Below, one piece after another: positions 37,101 to 52,100 of a stretch of 64,000 bases of DNA. Under the pieces are notes generated by a model. The model was not told the DNA's origin, did not search any database, and saw nothing but the letters and a program-made list of their open reading frames with translations. The stretch comes from the human T2T-CHM13v2.0 reference genome, Homo sapiens: assembly GCF_009914755.1 (NCBI RefSeq), contig NC_060929.1, one strand, 5' to 3'. The first letter of the stretch is position 1, and every line of letters starts with the position of its first letter. The position numbers and the translations under genes were made by a program.

Positions 37101-40100
37101 CTAGTTTTTATGTGAAGATATTTCCTTCTCCACCATAGCCCTCAAAGCGCTCCAAGTGTCCGCTGGCAGATTCCACAGAAACAGTGTTTCAAAACTGCTC
37201 TAACAAAAGAAAGATTCAACTCCGTGATTTGAATGCACACATCACAAAGCATTTTCTGTGAATCCTTCTGTCTAGTTTTTATATGAGGATATTTCCTTTT
37301 CTACCACGGGCATCCAAGCGTTCCAATTCTCCAATTGTAGATTGCACAAACAGAGTGTTTCAAAACTGCTCCATGAGAAGGAAGATTCAAATTTGGGAGT
37401 ACAATGCACACATCACGAAGAAGTTTCTGAGAATGCTTCTGTCCAGTTTATATGTGAAGATATTCCCGTTTCCAGCAAAGGTCTCAAAGCGGTCCAAATA
37501 TCCACTTGCGGATCCCACAAACAGAGTGTTTCAAAACTGCTCTACGGAAAGGTGTGTTCAACTCTGTGAGTTTACTGCAAACATCCTAAAGAAGTTTCTG
37601 GGAATGCTGCTGTCTAGTTTAATGTGAATATATTTTCTTTTCCGCCATAGCCCTCAAAGAGCTCCAAATATCCACTTTCAGATTCTACAGAGTGTTTCAA
37701 AACTGCTCTATCCAAAAAAAGTTTCAACTCCGTGAGTCGAATGCACATATCACAAAGCAGTTTCTGAGAATGCTTTCGTCTATTTTTCCCAGGAAGATAT
37801 TTCCTTTTGGACCGTAGGCCTCAAATCGCTCCAGATATCCACATGCAGATTCTACAAAAAGAGTGTTTCCAAACTGCCCTATCAAAAGGAAGGTTCAACT
37901 CTGGTAGTTGAATGCAAACATCACAAAGTAGTTTCTCAGAATGCTTCTGTCTAGTTGTCATAGGCAGATATTTCTTTTTCTACCATAGGCCTCAAAGCGC
38001 TCCAAATATCCACTTGCAGATTCTCCGAAAACAGTGTTTCAAAGCTGCTCCATAAAAAGGAAGGTTCAACTCTGTGAGTTGAATGGACAGACCACAAAGA
38101 AGTTTCTGAGAATGCTTCTGTCTAGTGTTTATGTGAAGATATTCCCGTTTCCGATGAAGGCCTCAAAGCAGTCCAAATATCCACTTGCAGATTCTACAAA
38201 AATAGTGCTTCAAAACTACTCTATGGAAAGGTATGTTCAACACTGTGAGATGAATGCAAACGTCACAAAGAAGTTGCTGAGAATGCTTCAGTCTAGTTTC
38301 TATGGGAAGACATTTCCTTTTGCACCACAGCCCTCAAAGCACTCCAAATGTCTACTTGCAGATTCGATAAAAGAGTTTTACAAAACTGCTCTATCAAAAG
38401 AAAGGTTCAACGCTGTGAGTTGAATCCACATATCACGAAAAAGTTTCTGAGAATGCCTCTATCTACTTTTTATGTGGAGATATTCCGGTTTCCAACGAAG
38501 GCCTCAAAGCGCTCCAAATATCTACTGGCGGATTCTAGAAAAAGAGTGTTTCAAAACTGCTCTATTAAAGGAAGGTTCAACTCTGTGAGTTGAATTCACA
38601 CATCACAAAGAACTTTCTGACAATGTTTCTATCTAGTTTTTATGTGATGATATTACTGTTTCCTATGAAGGCCTCAAAGTGGTCCGAATATCCACTTGCA
38701 GATTCTACAAAAAGAGGTTTTCAAAACTGCTCTATGCAGAGGTATGTTCAACTCTGTGAGTTGAATGCAAACATCCCAAAGCAGTTTCTGAGAATGCTTC
38801 TGTCTAGTTTTTAGGGGCAGATTTTCCATTGGCACAATAGCCCTCAAAGCGCTCCAAATATCCACTGGCAGATTCTACCAAAAGAGTGTTTCAAAACTGC
38901 TCTGTGAAAAGAAACGTTCAACTGTGTTAGTTGAATGCCCACATCACAAAGAAGATTCTGAGAATATTTCTGTCTAGTTTTTATTAGAAGATATTCCCGT
39001 TTCCACCAAAGGACACAAAGCGAAGCCAACTATCCGCTTACAGATCTTACAAAAACACGTTTCAAAACTGCTCTATCAAAGGAAAGGTTCATCTCTCTGG
39101 GTTCAACGCACACATCACAAAGAAGTTTCTGAGAATGCTTCTGGCTAGTTTGTGTGTGAAGATATTCCCATTTCCAACAAAGGCTTCAAAGCCCTCCAAA
39201 TATTCACCTGCAATTGTTCAAAAGAGTGTTTCAAAACTGTTCTATCAAAAGGAAGGTTCAACTCTGTGAGTTGAATGGACGCTTCACATAAATGGTTCTG
39301 AGAATGCTTCTTTCTAGTTTTTATGTGAAGATATTTCCTTCTCCACCATAGCCCTCAAAGCGCTCCAAGTGTCCGCTGGCAGATTCCACAGAAACAGTGT
39401 TTCAAAACTGCTCTAACAAAAGAAAGATTCAACTCCGTGATTTGAATGCACACATCACAAAGCATTTTCTGTGAATCCTTCTGTCTAGTTTTTATATGAG
39501 GATATTTCCTTTTCTACCACGGGCATCCAAGCGTTCCAATTCTCCAATTGTAGATTGCACAAACAGAGTGTTTCAAAACTGCTCCATGAGAAGGAAGATT
39601 CAAATTTGGGAGAACAATGCACACATCACGAAGAAGTTTTTGAGAATGCTTCTGTCCAGTTTATATGTGAAGATATTCCCGTTTCCAGCAAAGGTCTCAA
39701 AGCGGTCCAAATATCCACTTGCGGATTCCACAAACAGAGTGTTTCAAAACTGCTCTACGGAAAGGTGTGTTCAACTCTGTGAGTTTACTGCAAACATCCT
39801 AAAGAAGTTTCTGGGAATGCTGCTGTCTAGTTTAATGTGAATATATTTTCTTTTCTCCATAGCCCTCAAAGAGCTCCAAATATCCACTTTCAGATTCTAC
39901 AGAGTGTTTCAAAACTGCTCTATCCAAAAAAAGTTTCAACTCGGTGAGTCGAATGCACATATCACAAAGCAGTTTCTGAGAATGCTTTCGTCTATTTTTC
40001 CCAGGAAGATATTTCCTTTTGGACCGTAGGCCTCAAATCGCTCCAGATATCCACATGCAGATTCTACAAAAAGAGTGTTTCCAAACTGCCCTATCAAAAG

Positions 40101-43100
40101 GAAGGTTCAACTCTGGTAGTTGAATGCAAACATCACAAAGAAGTTTCTCAGAATGCTTCTGTCTAGTTGTCATAGGCAGATATTTCTTTTTCTACCATAG
40201 GCCTCAAAGCGCTCCAAATATCCACTTGCAGATTCTCCGAAAACAGTGTTTCAAAACTGCTCCATAAAAAGGAAGGTTCAACTCTGTGAGTTGAATGGAC
40301 AGACCACAAAGAAGTTTCTGAGAATGCTTCTGTCTAGTGTTTATGTGAAGATATTCCCGTTTCCGATGAAGGCCTCAAAGCAGTCCAAATATCCACTTGC
40401 AGATTCTACAAAAATAGTGCTTCAAAACTACTCTATGGAAAGGTATGTTCAACACTGTGAGATGAATGCAAACGTCACAAAGAAGTTGCTGAGAATGCTT
40501 CAGTCTAGTTTCTATGGGAAGACATTTCCTTTTGCACCACAGCCCTCAAAGCACTCCAAATGTCTACTTGCAGATTCGATAAAAGAGTTTTACAAAACTG
40601 CTCTATCAAAAGAAAGGTTCAACGCTGTGAGTTGAATCCACATATCACGAAAAAGTTTCTGAGAATGCCTCTATCTACTTTTTATGTGGAGATATTCCGG
40701 TTTCCAACGAAGGCCTCAAAGCGCTCCAAATATCTACTGGCAGATTCTAGAAAAAGAGTGTTTCAAAACTGCTCTATTAAAGGAAGGTTCAACTCTGTGA
40801 GTTGAATTCACACATCACAAAGAACTTTCTGACAATGTTTCTATCTAGTTTTTATGTGATGATATTACTGTTTCCTATGAAGGCCTCAAAGTGGTCCGAA
40901 TATCCACTTGCAGATTCTACAAAAAGAGGTTTTCAAAACTGCTCTATGCAGAGGTATGTTCAACTCTGTGAGTTGAATGCAAACATCCCAAAGCAGTTTC
41001 TGAGAATGCTTCTGTCTAGTTTTTAGGGGCAGATTTTCCATTGGCACAATAGCCCTCAAAGCGCTCCAAATATCCACTGGCAGATTCTACCAAAAGAGTG
41101 TTTCAAAACTGTTCTGTGAAAAGAAACGTTCAACTGTGTTAGTTGAATGCCCACATCACAAAGAAGATTCTGAGAATATTTCTGTCTAGTTTTTATTAGA
41201 AGATATTCCCGTTTCCACCAAAGGACACAAAGCGAAGCCAACTATCCGCTTACAGATCTTACAAAAACACGTTTCAAAACTGCTCTATCAAAGGAAAGGT
41301 TCATCTCTCTGGGTTCAACGCACACATCACAAAGAAGTTTCTGAGAATGCTTCTGGCTAGTTTGTGTGTGAAGATATTCCCATTTCCAACAAAGGCTTCA
41401 AAGCCCTCCAAATATTCACCTGCAATTGTTCAAAAGAGTGTTTCAAAACTGTTCTATCAAAAGGAAGGTTCAACTCTGTGAGTTGAACGCACGCTTCACA
41501 TAAATGGTTCTCAGAATGCTTCTTTCTAGTTTTTATGTGAAGATATTTCCTTCTCCACCATAGCCCTCAAAGCGCTCCAAGTGTCCGCTGGCAGATTCCA
41601 CAGAAAGAGTGTTTCAAAACTGCTCTAACAAAAGAAAGATTCAACTCCGTGATTTGAATGCACACATCACAAAGCATTTTCTGTGAATCCTTCTGTCTAG
41701 TTTTTATATGAGGATATTTCCTTTTCTACCACGGGCATCCAAGCGTTCCAATTCTCCAATTGTAGATTGCACAAACAGAGTGTTTCAAAACTGCTCCATG
41801 AGAAGGAAGATTCAAATTTGGGAGAACAATGCACACATCACGAAGAAGTTTTTGAGAATGCTTCTGTCCAGTTTATATGTGAAGATATTCCCGTTTCCAG
41901 CAAAGGTCTCAAAGCGGTCCAAATATCCACTTGCGGATTCCACAAACAGAGTGTTTCAAAACTGCTCTACGGAAAGGTGTGTTCAACTCTGTGAGTTTAC
42001 TGCAAACATCCTAAAGAAGTTTCTGGGAATGCTGCTGTCTAGTTTAATGTGAATATATTTTCTTTTCCGCCATAGCCCTCAAAGAGCTCCAAATATCCAC
42101 TTTCAGATTCTACAGAGTGTTTCAAAACTGCTCTATCCAAAAAAAGTTTCAACTCGGTGAGTCGAATGCACATATCACAAAGCAGTTTCTGAGAATGCTT
42201 TCGTCTATTTTTCCCAGGAAGATATTTCCTTTTGGACCGTAGGCCTCAAATCGCTCCAGATATCCACATGCAGATTCTACAAAAAGAGTGTTTCCAAACT
42301 GCCCTATCAAAAGGAAGGTTCAACTCTGGTAGTTGAATGCAAACATCACAAAGAAGTTTCTCAGAATGCTTCTGTCTAGTTGTCATAGGCAGATATTTCT
42401 TTTTCTACCATAGGCCTCAAAGCGCTCCAAATATCCACTTGCAGATTCTCCGAAAACAGTGTTTCAAAACTGCTCCATAAAAAGGAAGGTTCAACTCTGT
42501 GAGTTGAATGGACAGACCACAAAGAAGTTTCTGAGAATGCTTCTGTCTAGTGTTTATGTGAAGATATTCCCCTTTCCGATGAAGGCCACAAAGCAGTCCA
42601 AATATCCACTTGCAGATTCTACAAAAATAGTGCTTCAAAACTACCCTATGGAAAGGTATGTTCAACACTGTGAGATGAATGCAAACGTCACAAAGAAGTT
42701 GCTGAGAATGCTTCAGTCTAGTTTCTATGGGAAGACATTTCCTTTTGCACCACAGCTCTCAAAGCACTCCAAATGTCTACTTGCAGATTCGATAAAAGAG
42801 TTTTACAAAACTGCTCTATCAAAAGAAAGGTTCAACGCTGTGAGTTGAATCCACATAACACGAAAAAGTTTCTGAGAATGCCTCTATCTACTTTTTATGT
42901 GAAGATATTCCGGTTTCCAACGAAGGCCTCAAAGCACTCCAAATATCTACTGGCAGATTCTAGAAAAAGAGTGTTTCAAAACTACTCTATTAAAGGAAGG
43001 TTCAACTCTGTGAGTTGAATTCACACATCACAAAGAACTTTCTGACAATTCTTCTATCTAGTTTTTATGTGATGATATTACTGTTTCCTATGAAGGCCTC

Positions 43101-46100
43101 AAAGTGGTCCGAATATCCACTTGCAGATTCTACAAAAAGAGGTTTTCAAAACTGCTCTATGCAGAGGTATGTTCAACTCTGTGAGTTGAATGCAAACATC
43201 CCAAAGCAGTTTCTGAGAATGCTTCTGTCTAGTTTTTAGGGGCAGATTTTCCATTGGCACAATAGCCCTCAAAGCGCTCCAAATATCCACTGGCAGATTC
43301 TACCAAAAGAGTGTTTCAAAACTGCTCTGTGAAAAGAAACGTTCAACTGTGTTAGCTGAATGCCCACATCACAAAGAAGATTATGAGAATATTTCTGTCT
43401 AGTTTTTATTAGAAGATATTCCCGTTTCCACCAAAGGACACAAAGCGAAGCCAACTATCCGCTTGCAGATCTTACAAAAACACGTTTCAATACTGCTCTA
43501 TCAAAGGAAAGGTTCATCTCTCTGGGTTCAACGCACACATCACAAAGAAGTTTCTGAGAATGCTTCTGGCTAGTTTGTGTGTGAAGATATTCCCATTTCC
43601 AACAAAGGCTTCAAAGCCCTCCAAATATTCACCTGCAATTGTTCAAAAGAGTGTTTCAAAACTGTTCTATCAAAAGGAAGGTTCAACTCTGTGAGTTGAA
43701 TGCACGCTTCACATAAATGGTTCTGAGAATGCTTCTTTCTAGTTTTTATGTGAAGATATTTCCTTCTCCACCATAGCCCTCAAAGCGCTCCAAGTGTCCG
43801 CTGGCAGATTCCACAGAAACAGTGTTTCAAAACTGATCTAACAAAAGAAAGATTCAACTCCGTGATTTGAATGCACACATCACAAAGCATTTTCTGTGAA
43901 TCCTTCTGTCTAGTTTTTATATGAGGATATTTCCTTTTCTACCACGGGCATCCAAGCCTTCCAATTCTCCAATTGTAGATTGCACAAACAGAGTGTTTCA
44001 AAACTGCTCCATGAGAAGGAAGATTCAAATTTGGGAGTACAATGCACACATCACGAAGAAGTTTCTGAGAATGCTTCTGTCCAGTTTATATGTGAAGATA
44101 TTCCCGTTTCCAGCAAAGGTCTCAAAGCGGTCCAAATATCCACTTGCGGATCCCACAAACAGAGTTTTTCAAAGCTGCTCTACGGAAAGGTATGTTCAAA
44201 TCTGTGAGTTTACTGCAAACATCCTAAAGAAGTTTCTGGGAATGCTGCTGTCTAGTTTAATGTGAATATCTTTTCTTTTCCGCCATAGCCCTCAAAGAGC
44301 TCCAAATATCCACTTTCAGATTCTACAGAGTGTTTCAAAACTGCTCTATCCAAAAAAAGTTTCAACTCGGTGAGTCGAATGCACATATCACAAAGCAGTT
44401 TCTGAGAATGCTTTCGTCTATTTTTCCCAGGAAGATATTTCCTTTTGGACCGTAGGCCTCAAATCGCTCCAGATATCCACATGCAGATTCTACAAAAAGA
44501 GTGTTTCCAAACTGCCCTATCAAAAGGAAGGTTCACCTCTGGTAGTTCAATGCAAACATCACAAAGAAGTTTCTCAGAATGCTTCTGTCTAGTTGTCATA
44601 GGCAGATATTTCTTTTTCTACCATAGGCCTCAAAGCGCTCCAAATATCCACTTGCAGATTCTCCGAAAACAGTGTTTCAAAACTGCTCCATAAAAAGGAA
44701 GGTTCAACTCTGTGAGTTGAATGGACAGACCACAAAGAAGTTTCTGAGAATGCTTCTGTCTAGTGTTTATGTGAAGATATTCCCGTTTCCGATGAAGGCC
44801 TCAAAGCAGTCCAAATATCCACTTGCAGATTCTACAAAAATAGTGCTTCAAAACTACTCTATGGAAAGGTATGTTCAACACTGTGAGATGAATGCAAACG
44901 TCACAAAGAAGTTGCTGAGAATGCTTCAGTCTAGTTTCTATGGGAAGACATTTCCTTTTGCACCACAGCCCTCAAAGCACTCCAAATGTCTACTTGCAGA
45001 TTCGATAAAAGAGTTTTACAAAACTGCTCTATCAAAAGAAAGGTTCAACGCTGTGAGTTGAATCCACATATCACGAAAAAGTTTCTGAGAATGCCTCTAT
45101 CTACTTTTTATGTGGAGATATTCCGGTTTCCAACGAAGGCCTCAAAGCGCTCCAAATATCTACTGGCAGATTCTAGAAAAAGAGTGTTTCAAAACTGCTC
45201 TATTAAAGGAAGGTTCAACTCTGTGAGTTGAATTCACACATCACAAAGAACTTTCTGACAATGTTTCTATCTAGTTTTTATGTGATGATATTACTGTTTC
45301 CTATGAAGGCCTCAAAGTGGTCCGAATATCCACTTGCAGATTCTACAAAAAGAGGTTTTCAAAACTGCTCTATGCAGAGGTATGTTCAACTCTGTGAGTT
45401 GAATGCAAACATCCCAAAGCAGTTTCTGAGAATGCTTCTGTCTAGTTTTTAGGGGCAGATTTTCCATTGGCACAATAGCCCTCAAAGCGCTCCAAATATC
45501 CACTGGCAGATTCTACCAAAAGAGTGTTTCAAAACTGCTCTGTGAAAAGAAACGTTCAACTGTGTTAGTTGAATGCCCACATCACAAAGAAGATTCTGAG
45601 AATATTTCTGTCTAGTTTTTATTAGAAGATATTCCCGTTTCCACCAAAGGACACAAAGCGAAGCCAACTATCCGCTTGCAGATCTTACAAAAACACGTTT
45701 CAATACTGCTCTATCAAAGGAAAGGTTCATCTCTCTGGGTTCAACGCACACATCACAAAGAAGTTTCTGAGAATGCTTCTGGCTAGTTTGTGTGTGAAGA
45801 TATTCCCATTTCCAACAAAGGCTTCAAAGCCCTCCAAATATTCACCTGCAATTGTTCAAAAGAGTGTTTCAAAACTGTTCTATCAAAAGGAAGGTTCAAC
45901 TCTGTGAGTTGAATGCACGCTTCACATAAATGGTTCTGAGAATGCTTCTTTCTAGTTTTTATGTGAAGATATTTCCTTCTCCACCATAGCCCTCAAAGCG
46001 CTCCAAGTGTCCGCTGGCAGATTCCACAGAAACAGTGTTTCAAAACTGATCTAACAAAAGAAAGATTCAACTCCGTGATTTGAATGCACACATCACAAAG

Positions 46101-49100
46101 CATTTTCTGTGAATCCTTCTGTCTAGTTTTTATATGAGGATATTTCCTTTTCTACCACGGGCATCCAAGCCTTCCAATTCTCCAATTGTAGATTGCACAA
46201 ACAGAGTGTTTCAAAACTGCTCCATGAGAAGGAAGATTCAAATTTGGGAGTACAATGCACACATCACGAAGAAGTTTCTGAGAATGCTTCTGTCCAGTTT
46301 ATATGTGAAGATATTCCCGTTTCCAGCAAAGGTCTCAAAGCGGTCCAAATATCCACTTGCGGATCCCACAAACAGAGTTTTTCAAAGCTGCTCTACGGAA
46401 AGGTATGTTCAAATCTGTGAGTTTACTGCAAACATCCTAAAGAAGTTTCTGGGAATGCTGCTGTCTAGTTTAATGTGAATATCTTTTCTTTTCCGCCATA
46501 GCCCTCAAAGAGCTCCAAATATCCACTTTCAGATTCTACAGAGTGTTTCAAAACTGCTCTATCCAAAAAAAGTTTCAACTCGGTGAGTCGAATGCACATA
46601 TCACAAAGCAGTTTCTGAGAATGCTTTCGTCTATTTTTCCCAGGAAGATATTTCCTTTTGGACCGTAGGCCTCAAATCGCTCCAGATATCCACATGCAGA
46701 TTCTACAAAAAGAGTGTTTCCAAACTGCCCTATCAAAAGGAAGGTTCACCTCTGGTAGTTGAATGCAAACATCACAAAGAAGTTTCTCAGAATGCTTCTG
46801 TCTAGTTGTCATAGGCAGATATTTCTTTTTCTACCATAGGCCTCAAAGCGCTCCAAATATCCACTTGCAGATTCTCCGAAAACAGTGTTTCAAAACTGCT
46901 CCATAAAAAGGAAGGTTCAACTCTGTGAGTTGAATGGACAGACCACAAAGAAGTTTCTGAGAATGCTTCTGTCTAGTGTTTATGTGAAGATATTCCCGTT
47001 TCCGATGAAGGCCTCAAAGCAGTCCAAATATCCACTTGCAGATTCTACAAAAATAGTGCTTCAAAACTACCCTATGGAAAGGTATGTTCAACACTGTGAG
47101 ATGAATGCAAACGTCACAAAGAAGTTGCTGAGAATGCTTCAGTCTAGTTTCTATGGGAAGACATTTCCTTTTGCACCACAGCCCTCAAAGCACTCCAAAT
47201 GTCTACTTGCAGATTCGATAAAAGAGTTTTACAAAACTGCTCTATCAAAAGAAAGGTTCAACGCTGTGAGTTGAATCCACATATCACGAAAAAGTTTCTG
47301 AGAATGCCTCTATCTACTTTTTATGTGGAGATATTCCGGTTTCCAACGAAGGCCTCAAAGCGCTCCAAATATCTACTGGCAGATTCTAGAAAAAGAGTGT
47401 TTCAAAACTGCTCTATTAAAGGAAGGTTCAACTCTGTGAGTTGAATTCACACATCACAAAGAACATTCTGACAATGTTTCTATCTAGTTTTTATGTGATG
47501 ATATTACTGTTTCCTATGAAGGCCTCAAAGTGGTCCGAATATCCACTTGCAGATTCTACAAAAAGAGGTTTTCAAAACTGCTCTATGCAGAGGTATGTTC
47601 AACTCTGTGAGTTGAATGCAAACATCCCAAAGCAGTTTCTGAGAATGCTTCTGTCTAGTTTTTAGGGGCAGATTTTCCATTGGCACAATAGCCCTCAAAG
47701 CGCTCCAAATATCCACTGGCAGATTCTACCAAAAGAGTGTTTCAAAACTGCTCTGTGAAAAGAAACGTTCAACTGTGTTAGTTGAATGCCCACATCACAA
47801 AGAAGATTCTGAGAATATTTCTGTCTAGTTTTTATTAGAAGATATTCCCGTTTCCACCAAAGGACACAAAGCGAAGCCAACTATCCGCTTACAGATCTTA
47901 CAAAAACACGTTTCAAAACTGCTCTATCAAAGGAAAGGTTCATCTCTCTGGGTTCAACGCACACATCACAAAGAAGTTTCTGAGAATGCTTCTGGCTAGT
48001 TTGTGTGTGAAGATATTCCCATTTCCAACAAAGGCTTCAAAGCCCTCCAAATATTCACCTGCAATTGTTCAAAAGAGTGTTTCAAAACTGTTCTATCAAA
48101 AGGAAGGTTCAACTCTGTGAGTTGAACGCACGCTTCACATAAATGGTTCTGAGAATGCTTCTTTCTAGTTTTTATGTGAAGATATTTCCTTCTCCACCAT
48201 AGCCCTCAAAGCGCTCCAAGTGTCCGCTGGCAGATTCCACAGAAACAGTGTTTCAAAACTGCTCTAACAAAAGAAAGATTCAACTCCGTGATTTGAATGC
48301 ACACATCACAAAGCATTTTCTGTGAATCCTTCTGTCTAGTTTTTATATGAGGATATTTCCTTTTCTACCACGGGCATCCAAGCGTTCCAATTCTCCAATT
48401 GTAGATTGCACAAACAGAGTGTTTCAAAACTGCTCCATGAGAAGGAAGATTCAAATTTGGGAGAACAATGCACACATCACGAAGAAGTTTTTGAGAATGC
48501 TTCTGTCCAGTTTATATGTGAAGATATTCCCGTTTCCAGCAAAGGTCTCAAAGCGGTCCAAATATCCACTTGCGGATTCCACAAACAGAGTGTTTCAAAA
48601 CTGCTCTATGGAAAGGTGTGTTCAACTCTGTGAGTTTACTGCAAACATCCTAAGGAAGTTTCTGGGAATGCTGCTGTCTAGTTTAATGTGAATATATTTT
48701 CTTTTCCGCCATAGCCCTCAAAGAGTTCCAAATATCCACTTTCAGATTCTACAGAGTGTTTCAAAACTGCTCTATCCAAAAAAAGTTTCAACTCGGTGAG
48801 TCGAATGCACATATCACAAAGCAGTTTCTGAGAATGCTTTCATCTATTTTTCCCAGGAAGATATTTCCTTTTGGACCGTAGGCCTCAAATCGCTCCAGAT
48901 ATCCACATGCAGATTCTACAAAAAGAGTGTTTCCAAACTGCCCTATCAAAAGGAAGGTTCAACTCTGGTAGTTGAATGCAAACATCACAAAGAAGTTTCT
49001 CAGAATGCTTCTGTCTAGTTGTCATAGGCAGATATTTCTTTTTCTACCATAGGCCTCAAAGCGCTCCAAATATCCACTTGCAGATTCTCCGAAAACAGTG

Positions 49101-52100
49101 TTTCAAAACTGCTCCATAAAAAGGAAGGTTCAACTCTGTGAGTTGAATGGACAGACCACAAAGAAGTTTCTGAGAATGCTTCTGTCTAGTGTTTATGTGA
49201 AGATATTCCCGTTTCCGATGAAGGCCTCAAAGCAGTCCAAATATCCACTTGCAGATTCTACAAAAATAGTGCTTCAAAACTACCCTATGGAAAGGTATGT
49301 TCAACACTGTGAGATGAATGCAAACGTCACAAAGAAGTTGCTGAGAATGCTTCAGTCTAGTTTCTATGGGAAGACATTTCCTTTTGCACCACAGCCCTCA
49401 AAGCACTCCAAATGTCTACTTGCAGATTCGATAAAAGAGTTTTACAAAACTGCTCTATCAAAAGAAAGGTTCAACGCTGTGAGTTGAATCCACATATCAC
49501 GAAAAAGTTTCTGAGAATGCCTCTATCTACTTTTTATGTGAAGATATTCCGGTTTCCAACGAAGGCCTCAAAGCGCTCCAAATATCTACTGGCAGATTCT
49601 AGAAAAAGAGTGTTTCAAAACTGCTCTATTAAAGGAAGGTTCAACTCTGTGAGTTGAATTCACACATCACAAAGAACTTTCTGACAATGCTTCTATCTAG
49701 TTTTTATGTGAAGATATTACTGTTTCCTATGAAGGCCTCAAAGTGGTCCGAATATCCACTTGCAGATTCTACAAAAAGAGGTTTTCAAAACTGCTCTATG
49801 CAGAGGTATGTTCAACTCTGTGAGTTGAATGCAAACATCCCGAAGCAGTTTCTGAGAATGCTTCTGTCTAGTTTTTAGGGGCAGATATTTCCATTGGCAC
49901 AATAGCCCTCAAAGCGCTCCAAATATCCACTGGCAGATTCTACCAAAAGAGTGTTTCAAAACTGCTCTGTGAAAAGAAACGTTCAACTGTGTTAGCTGAA
50001 TGCCCACATCACAAAGAAGATTCTGAGAATATTTCTGTCTAGTTTTTATTAGAAGATATTCCCGTTTCCACCAAAGGACACAAACCGAAGCCAACTATCC
50101 GCTTGCAGATCTTACAAAAACACGTTTCAAAACTGCTCTATCAAAGGAAAGGTTCATCTCCCTGGGTTCAACGCACACATCACAAAGAAGTTTCTGAGAA
50201 TGCTTCTGGCTAGTTTGTGTGTGAAGATATTCCCATTTCCAACAAAGGCTTCAAAGCCCTCCAAATATTCACCTGCAATTGTTCAAAAGAGTGTTTCAAA
50301 ACTGTTCTATCAAAAGGAAGGTTCAACTCTGTGAGTTGAATGCACGCTTCACATAAATGGTTCTGAGAATGCTTCTTTCTAGTTTTTATGTGAAGATATT
50401 TCCTTCTCCACCATAGCCCTCAAAGCACTCCAAGTGTCCGCTGGCAGATTCCACAGAAACAGTGTTTCAAAACTGCTCTAACAAAAGAAAGATTCAACTC
50501 CGTGATTTGAATGCACACATCACAAAGCATTTTCTGTGAATCCTTCTGTCTAGTTTTTATATGAGGATATTTCCTTTTCTACCACGGGCATCCAAGCGTT
50601 CCAATTCTCCAATTGTAGATTGCACAAACAGAGTGTTTCAAAACTGCTCCATGAGAAGGAAGATTCAAATTTGGGAGTACAATGCACACATCACGAAGAA
50701 GTTTCTGAGAATGCTTCTGTCCAGTTTATATGTGAAGATATTCCCGTTTCCAGCAAAGGTCTCAAAGCGGTCCAAATATCCACTTGCGGATCCCACAAAC
50801 GGAGTGTTTCAAAGCTGCTCTACGGAAAGGTATGTTCAAATCTGTGAGTTTACTGCAAACATCCTAAAGAAGTTTCTGGGAATGCTGCTGTCTAGTTTAA
50901 TGTGAATATCTTTTCTTTTCCGCCATAGCCCTCAAAGAGCTCCAAATATCCACTTTCAGATTCTACAGAGTGTTTCAAAACTGCTCTATCCAAAAAAAGT
51001 TTCAACTCGGTGAGTCGAATGCACATATCACAAAGCAGTTTCTGAGAATGCTTTCGTCTATTTTTCCCAGGAAGATATTTCCTTTTGGACCGTAGGCCTC
51101 AAATCGCTCCAGATATCCACATGCAGATTCTACAAAAAGAGTGTTTCCAAACTGCCCTATCAAAAGGAAGGTTCACCTCTGGTAGTTGAATGCAAACATC
51201 ACAAAGAAGTTTCTCAGAATGCTTCTGTCTAGTTGTCATAGGCAGATATTTCTTTTTCTACCATAGGCCTCAAAGCGCTCCAAATATCCACTTGCAGATT
51301 CTCCGAAAACAGTGTTTCAAAACTGCTCCATAAAAAGGAAGGTTCAACTCTGTGAGTTGAATGGACAGACCACAAAGAAGTTTCTGAGAATGCTTCTGTC
51401 TAGTGTTTATGTGAAGATATTCCCGTTTCCGATGAAGGCCTCAAAGCAGTCCAAATATCCACTTGCAGATTCTACAAAAATAGTGCTTCAAAACTACTCT
51501 ATGGAAAGGTATGTTCAACACTGTGAGATGAATGCAAACGTCACAAAGAAGTTGCTGAGAATGCTTCAGTCTAGTTTCTATGGGAAGACATTTCCTTTTG
51601 CACCACAGCCCTCAAAGCACTCCAAATGTCTACTTACAGATTCGATAAAAGAGTTTTACAAAACTGCCCTATCAAAAGAAAGGTTCAACGCTGTGAGTTG
51701 AATCCACATATCACGAAAAAGTTTCTGAGAATGCCTCTATCTACTTTTTATGTGAAGATATTCCGGTTTCCAACGAAGGACTCAAAGCGCTCCAAATATC
51801 TACTGGCAGATTCTAGAAAAAGAGTGTTTCAAAACTGCTCTATTAAAGGAAGGTTCAACTCTGTGAGTTGAATTCACACATCACAAAGAACTTTCTGACA
51901 ATGCTTCTATCTAGTTTTTATGTGAAGATATTACTGTTTCCCATGAAGGCCTCAAAGTGGTCCGAATATCCACTTGCAGATTCTACAAAAAGAGGTTTTC
52001 AAAACTGCTCTATGCAGAGGTATGTTCAACTCTGTGAGTTGAATGCAAACATCCCGAAGCAGTTTCTGAGAATGCTTCTGTCTAGTTTTTAGGGGCAGAT

